Notes under the pieces: generated by a model
Told to the model about the DNA's origin: nothing
Databases searched by the model: none
What the model saw: the letters and a program-made list of their open reading frames with translations, nothing else
Shown here: positions 59,521-64,000 of the stretch, in pieces
Layout of the letters: every line of letters starts with the position of its first letter
Position numbering within the stretch: the stretch's first letter is position 1
Source of the DNA: an uncultured Collinsella sp.
Lineage (GTDB): Bacteria; Actinomycetota; Coriobacteriia; Coriobacteriales; Coriobacteriaceae
NCBI GenBank assembly: GCA_900542085.1
Contig: UQMK01000001.1
Span: forward strand, 31,707-95,706
DNA: 64,000 nucleotides
Direction: 5' to 3'
Translations under genes and position numbers: made by a program

Positions 59521-59841
59521 TTACAGGTGCTTCTCAAGCAGCGCCTGCAGCCTGGCCTTGGGCAGCGCGCCAACGGAGCGGTCGATTTCCTCGCCGTTCT
59601 TAAAGACAACCAGCGTGGGGATGCTCATAACGCCAAACTTCATGGCCAGGTCCTGATTGTCGTCGACGTTGCATTTGGCGACGGCGAGTTTGCCGGCCAG
59701 CTCGTCGGCCACTTCGTCAACAATGGGCGAGAGCGAGCGGCAGGGACCGCACCACGGTGCCCAAAAATCAACCAGCACGGGAAGGCTGCCGTTAACGACG
59801 GAATCGAAGTTCTCGGGGGTAATCTGCTTAATGTCAGCCAT
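59521..59841 (-). CDS. trxA: Thioredoxin
   Basis: It has the WCGPC active site. A GGAGGT RBS lies 5 nt upstream of MADIKQ. Confidence 0.9.
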   Translation of the reverse strand: MADIKQITPENFDSVVNGSLPVLVDFWAPWCGPCRSLSPIVDEVADELAGKLAVAKCNVDDNQDLAMKFGVMSIPTLVVFKNGEEIDRSVGALPKARLQALLEKHL

Positions 59842-59947
59842 GGTGACCTCCATAGTGCGACGCGGCTCGGCCGCGTAAAACTCAGTACGACCGTGCTTAT
59901 ACCCAACGGCCCGCAATGCAACCACTCGCGGGCGGCTCTTTTATATA

Positions 59948-60553
59948 ATGGTGGGCACGCAAACGATTGGAGAGCGCATGCCCACGTCACAAAGCCAGAA
60001 AAAAGAAGCTATCGCCCAGGCGACCGAGCAGGAGCTCGCATCGCTTGCGCGCCGCGGCGTGCGTATCGCAGGCAACGCGTGCTCGCCGATTGTGCTGGTA
60101 AAAGGCGATTTAGACGATGCCGAGCGTGCGGGCGGCGAGCTGGCTGCCGGTCCGGACGGTGCCGCCCTGCGCAAAGCGCTCGGCGCCATCGGCTACGCGC
60201 CAGAGGATTTTTGCGTGCTGGCAAGTGTTGCCGGCGCGGGCGATGGGGCGGTTGCGACAGGCGAGGGCCTGCCGTGCGAGCTGTTCCGCGAGGCGCTCGA
60301 GGCCTTGGACCCCGAGGCGGTCCTGCTGTTAGACGATCGCGCGGCCGATACCATGCGCGAGACCTATGCCGACATGCTCGTGGCAATCGACGACTTCGAT
60401 ACCGCCATGCTCAAGCCTGGCTTGGTCGCCCATGTGCAGGGTCGTCGCGTGCTCGCGCTCGACGGTTTTGAGGCGGCGCTCACTGACAAAGCCGCCAAGC
60501 AGCGCATGTGGGCATACATCAAGCAGCTGACCCCGGCAGCCGCGCCGCTGTAG
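59948..60553 (+). CDS. Hypothetical protein
   Basis: No confident family was recognised. An alternative start lies at 59978. Confidence 0.45.
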   Translation: MVGTQTIGERMPTSQSQKKEAIAQATEQELASLARRGVRIAGNACSPIVLVKGDLDDAERAGGELAAGPDGAALRKALGAIGYAPEDFCVLASVAGAGDGAVATGEGLPCELFREALEALDPEAVLLLDDRAADTMRETYADMLVAIDDFDTAMLKPGLVAHVQGRRVLALDGFEAALTDKAAKQRMWAYIKQLTPAAAPL

Positions 60554-60613
60554 CGGACCGGAGCCGGCAAGGCGGCCCTGACGGGTCGAGCGCGGCGCCG
60601 ACTTGTCGCGCCC

Positions 60614-61891
60614 TTACATCACGGCGCGCAGCTCAAACCGGTCGCCGTTGATGCGAAACTGGCAGTTGCCGTTCATGCGTTCGACGGCAAGCTTAATGCT
60701 CTTGGTTCCAAAGCCGTGTCCGGTGTGCCCGGCTACGGGCATGCCGTCGACCATGCGCGGCGGGCGCCCAAACGTGTTGGAGACCAAAAGGAGCAGTTGC
60801 CCGTCCTCGCAACGCAGGTCCAGATCGACAAATCGCTTGCCCTGGGGAGCGGCGCTTGCGGCGACGATGGCGTTGTCCAGGGCGTTTGAGAGCACGCTAA
60901 ACAGATCGACGTCGGCTACATGGACGCTCTCGGGCACGGCAGCGCGCAAATCGGCGGTGATGCCGTTTCGGTTGATATCGGAGCTAAATGACGAAAGCAC
61001 GATATTGACCGTGTCGTTGGCGCAGTAGCGGCGCACGGCGGTGCGGTCGTTCGTCTCGCAGAGCTCGTCGATGCGCTCGAGTGCCTCGTCGATGCGGCCC
61101 TCTTCGATCAAAGCCGCAAGGCCGCGCAGGAAGTGCCGCATGTCATGGCGGAGAGCCGAAAGCTCGCGTCCAGATTGACGCCAAGCCTCGAGCTCTTTGA
61201 TGGCTGCGTTGTCGCGGGTCGCAAGCATCCAGCGCTCGCGCTCGGCGGTTTCCTTTGCCTCGTATTCGCGCAGATACACAGCAAGAAACATAAGGTAGAA
61301 CGCGCAAAGCGCAAACGCCAAAAACTCAACCGTCACCACGGAGCCCGAGTGGAAGAGCGTGGTGTAGACGTTGGTGGCGTAGTCAAAGATGTAATAGACG
61401 AGCGGCAGGATGAGCAGAATCTCGAGCTCGGTGGGGGTTTTGACCGCCAAGCGCGGACCGATGTCGCTTGCCCAATGCAGCAGGATCGCAAAGACGACGG
61501 CCGTGGTGATAATGCGTGCCACGTAGTACGCGATTTGCGAGTCGGTGGCGGTGAGCGCGGCGATGCCCATCCAGTTGCTGAACTGGCAGCTCAGATAAGC
61601 ACTGGTGACGCCCAGCATAACGAGCAGCGGGCTCAGGCGATAGCGTGCGCACAGATAGATGACGAGCGGCAGATGCACGACGAGTGGATATACCTGACGG
61701 GCGAAAAGCTCGCCGCCGACGGCATTGGCGAGGCCGAATGCGCATCCGGTTGCGGCGCCGACCATCACCAGCTCAAGCACGTGACGCCGGTTGATCTCGA
61801 TACCGCAGAGCGCCGCCGAGGCAAAAACGCCAAAAAGTAGGGTTGTTGCGTGGTGAATTGCCCAAAGCATCATCTCGGTCGTGGGGAGCAT
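60614..61891 (-). CDS. Sensor histidine kinase, LytS/AgrC-like (GHKL HATPase_c_5) with 6-TM N-terminal domain
   Basis: It has a polytopic N-terminus and a C-terminal ATP-binding motif (…GHTGHGFGTKSIKLAVERMNG). Its start overlaps the RR stop (TAATG). Confidence 0.8.
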   Translation of the reverse strand: MLPTTEMMLWAIHHATTLLFGVFASAALCGIEINRRHVLELVMVGAATGCAFGLANAVGGELFARQVYPLVVHLPLVIYLCARYRLSPLLVMLGVTSAYLSCQFSNWMGIAALTATDSQIAYYVARIITTAVVFAILLHWASDIGPRLAVKTPTELEILLILPLVYYIFDYATNVYTTLFHSGSVVTVEFLAFALCAFYLMFLAVYLREYEAKETAERERWMLATRDNAAIKELEAWRQSGRELSALRHDMRHFLRGLAALIEEGRIDEALERIDELCETNDRTAVRRYCANDTVNIVLSSFSSDINRNGITADLRAAVPESVHVADVDLFSVLSNALDNAIVAASAAPQGKRFVDLDLRCEDGQLLLLVSNTFGRPPRMVDGMPVAGHTGHGFGTKSIKLAVERMNGNCQFRINGDRFELRAVM

Positions 61892-62613
61892 TAGCGCCTC
61901 CCGCCCTCGAACCGTGCTGCAAAGTAGGCATCCTGGAAACCCTGCTTGCAGCTGCGCGCCAGCGGGATGCAAGCGCCCGAGCGCATGACGATATCCGTAC
62001 GGTTGAAGTGGTCGATATTGCGCAGGTTGACCTGGTAGCTACGGTGACATTTAAAGAAGCTTGCGTTTTTGGCCAGCTGGTCCTCGATGTTGCGGAACGG
62101 CTCGAGCGCCTCGATGTCGCGCCCGTCGCGCAGGTGGAATACCACGTGCTTGTTGCGGGCCTCGGCATATTCGATATCGGACAGGCGCAGGGCATGGTAG
62201 CCAAAGGACGTTTTGGTTACGAGCTCGTCGGTCACGGCGGGTCGCATGCTCGAAAGCTCGTCGAGCAGTTGCGCCAGGCGTTCGTACGTTACGGGCTTGA
62301 GCAGGTAGTCGAAGGCGCGGACCTCATAGGACTCCAGCGCGAACTCGGGCGATGAGGTGAGGAACACCAGACGCACGGCGGTATCGGATTGGCGCAACTC
62401 CCGCGCGGTGTCCATGCCGTTGACGAGCGGCATGATCATGTCGAGCAGAATGATGTCGGCGCGCGATGCAGCATGGCGGGCCAGCAGGTCCTCGCCGCGC
62501 GTGACGAGCGCAACGTCGACTGCCGTGCCCGTCTCGGTCGACCAGCGGTCGATCATTCGGTGCAGTCTATCTAGAAAAGCGACGTCGTCGTCGCAGGCGA
62601 TAATCTTGAGCAT
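61891..62613 (-). CDS. LytTR-family response regulator
   Basis: It has a REC domain (MLKIIACDDD…LLDMIMP) and a C-terminal LytTR DNA-binding domain (…VFHLRDGRDIE…KCHRSYQVNL). Confidence 0.85.
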   Translation of the reverse strand: MLKIIACDDDVAFLDRLHRMIDRWSTETGTAVDVALVTRGEDLLARHAASRADIILLDMIMPLVNGMDTARELRQSDTAVRLVFLTSSPEFALESYEVRAFDYLLKPVTYERLAQLLDELSSMRPAVTDELVTKTSFGYHALRLSDIEYAEARNKHVVFHLRDGRDIEALEPFRNIEDQLAKNASFFKCHRSYQVNLRNIDHFNRTDIVMRSGACIPLARSCKQGFQDAYFAARFEGGRR

Positions 62614-62856
62614 TCGAGCCCCCTTAGTAGTTCGATTTTGCCACATTGGGTGCGCGCCGCCCGCGGAGGCGTGTCCCATTTGCGCCCCAAGGCGTGCAAC
62701 TCGCGCCAAGCGGCAGGGCGTCAGTTTTGACGACCGCACAATACTCCATGGATACACACGTCAATCGATGCCGGCGGTCGGACGGGGAATCATGCCGGCC
62801 GCCGGCGCCAAGCGATAACGAACATTGCGAAAGCATAGGGGTAAGGGGAGCTGTGA

Positions 62857-64000
62857 TGAGGGAGAAGAAGATGGGGATGCGCACCGTGCTGACGCGCCTG
62901 CTGGGCATCGCAACCGTGGCATGCGCGCTCGTGGCAACGCCAGCGGTGGCTGAGGCGGCGACTACGGCGGATATTCCTTCGAATGTGAAGATAGCCCAAA
63001 CAAAGAGCACTAACCCCTACGTTGCCGACACGGTGACGCTCGAGGCGGGTGAGGATTACGTTGTCGGTGGAGAGATCAAGATCAACCATTACATCGTAAA
63101 GGGCGGTACCGAGCAAGATCCGACGCGTATTTATCTTACCGAGCATGCATGTCAAGGTCGCTGGAATGGTTCCATTAAGGACAAAAGAGGCAGCGGCTAC
63201 GACGAGCTCTTTGTGCTTGACGGCGGCTATATCGAGTTCATTGGAACCAACGGGGATGGCAGGACTCCCGTCTATTGCAACGGCAAGAGCTTTTTGTCCG
63301 ACAATGCCGGCAGAAAAGACGGTTACGGCGATGGTGCCGATAAAAACAGGGTCCCCAACAGCCTGAACCTTAAGGTTTCCGGCATCGAGCTTATAACGGT
63401 AGGCTCAGGGGTGTCTAAAAGGCCAATTGCGCTGTACGGCACGATGGTCGATGGCGAAACCGCGACCTTCGACAATGTCAAGGTCAGCAAATGGGATTGC
63501 ACACCGAACGGTGCGACTTATGGCAGCAGTCACGCTTACAGCAACATCGCAACAGAATATGAAGCCTCTCCGGCTCCGGTAACGATTCTCAGCTCGGCGA
63601 ACGGTGCAAAGAGTTTGGACGTCACGTTTAGCAACTGTGAATTTACGGATAATGAAGATGACTGCGCTGGTGCGCTAAGCGTCGTAGGCCGTGGGTGCAG
63701 GCCCAAGGTTGTGCTCAACAACTGCACCTTCAAGAACAATCAACAAGAATCGATCTGGTGCAAAGAACTTAACGTGCAGGATAAAAATGAGCATACCCAT
63801 GCTGGCAACATTGTTGTCAATAATGCGGACATTACGCTGAACGGTTGCACCATCACATCGACGCAAGAAGCGGCGAACTATACGCAAGATATGGTTATGA
63901 CGAGCGCAATTGCGGTGGCTAAAAATTCGACATGCACGCTTAACAATACGCAGGTGAGCGACACTTATGCAGAGGGCACGTACTACCATTCCGATGCGAA
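62857..64000 (+). CDS. Secreted right-handed beta-helix (pectate-lyase-like repeat) protein, 3'-truncated by window edge; lower GC than flanking genes
   Basis: It has a signal peptide (MREKKMGMRTVLTRLLGIATVACALVATPAVAEAA) and NxTFxNN-type repeats (SNCEFTDN, NNCTFKNN, LNGCTITS). It has AT-rich codon usage. No stop codon occurs before the window end. Confidence 0.7.

Overview
This is a high-GC (~64%) segment that looks like Actinobacteria, class Coriobacteriia (Eggerthellaceae-like), judged from gene content such as membrane-anchored LuxR regulators and Ech/Hyp genes. Genes are densely packed.

Main contents, in order along the window:
- A 5'-truncated six-subunit Ech-type (group 4) [NiFe]-hydrogenase operon, with the membrane subunits apparently fused.
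- A NarL/LiaRS-like two-component system next to two ABC export modules (ABC-2 type and MacB/FtsX type).
- A DUF362/ferredoxin protein, an alpha/beta hydrolase, hemolysin-III, a CNNM/CorC transporter, and a YtxH + PRC-barrel pair.
- A polysaccharide deacetylase, an mgtE–NRAMP metal transport pair, and an OatA-like O-acetyltransferase.
- A ribokinase–nucleoside hydrolase–luxS trio, then a GH1 6-phospho-beta-glucosidase preceded by an operator-like repeat array.
- A three-gene membrane sensor / HisKA_3 kinase / LuxR response regulator module.
- A lipoprotein plus a YdjGHI-like zinc-ribbon/SPFH operon, and a membrane-anchored LuxR regulator.
- A cluster of zinc-ribbon and lipoprotein genes, then pyrE, an RpiR regulator, PTS EIIA(Glc), a lipoprotein and a HAD hydrolase.
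- The hydrogenase maturation operon (small His-rich ORF–nikR–hypF–hypC–hypD–hypE), trxA, and a LytTR-type two-component system.
- At the end, a lower-GC, 3'-truncated secreted beta-helix protein.

Several families of small dispersed or structured repeats decorate the intergenic regions. These are a MITE/REP-like TAGTCATTGGGGACGTTCTTAAATGAC family, a terminator-hairpin family, a ~170-nt multi-helix element present twice with compensatory base changes, and two arrays of four alternating-orientation repeats. No CRISPR arrays, rRNA or tRNA genes were recognised.
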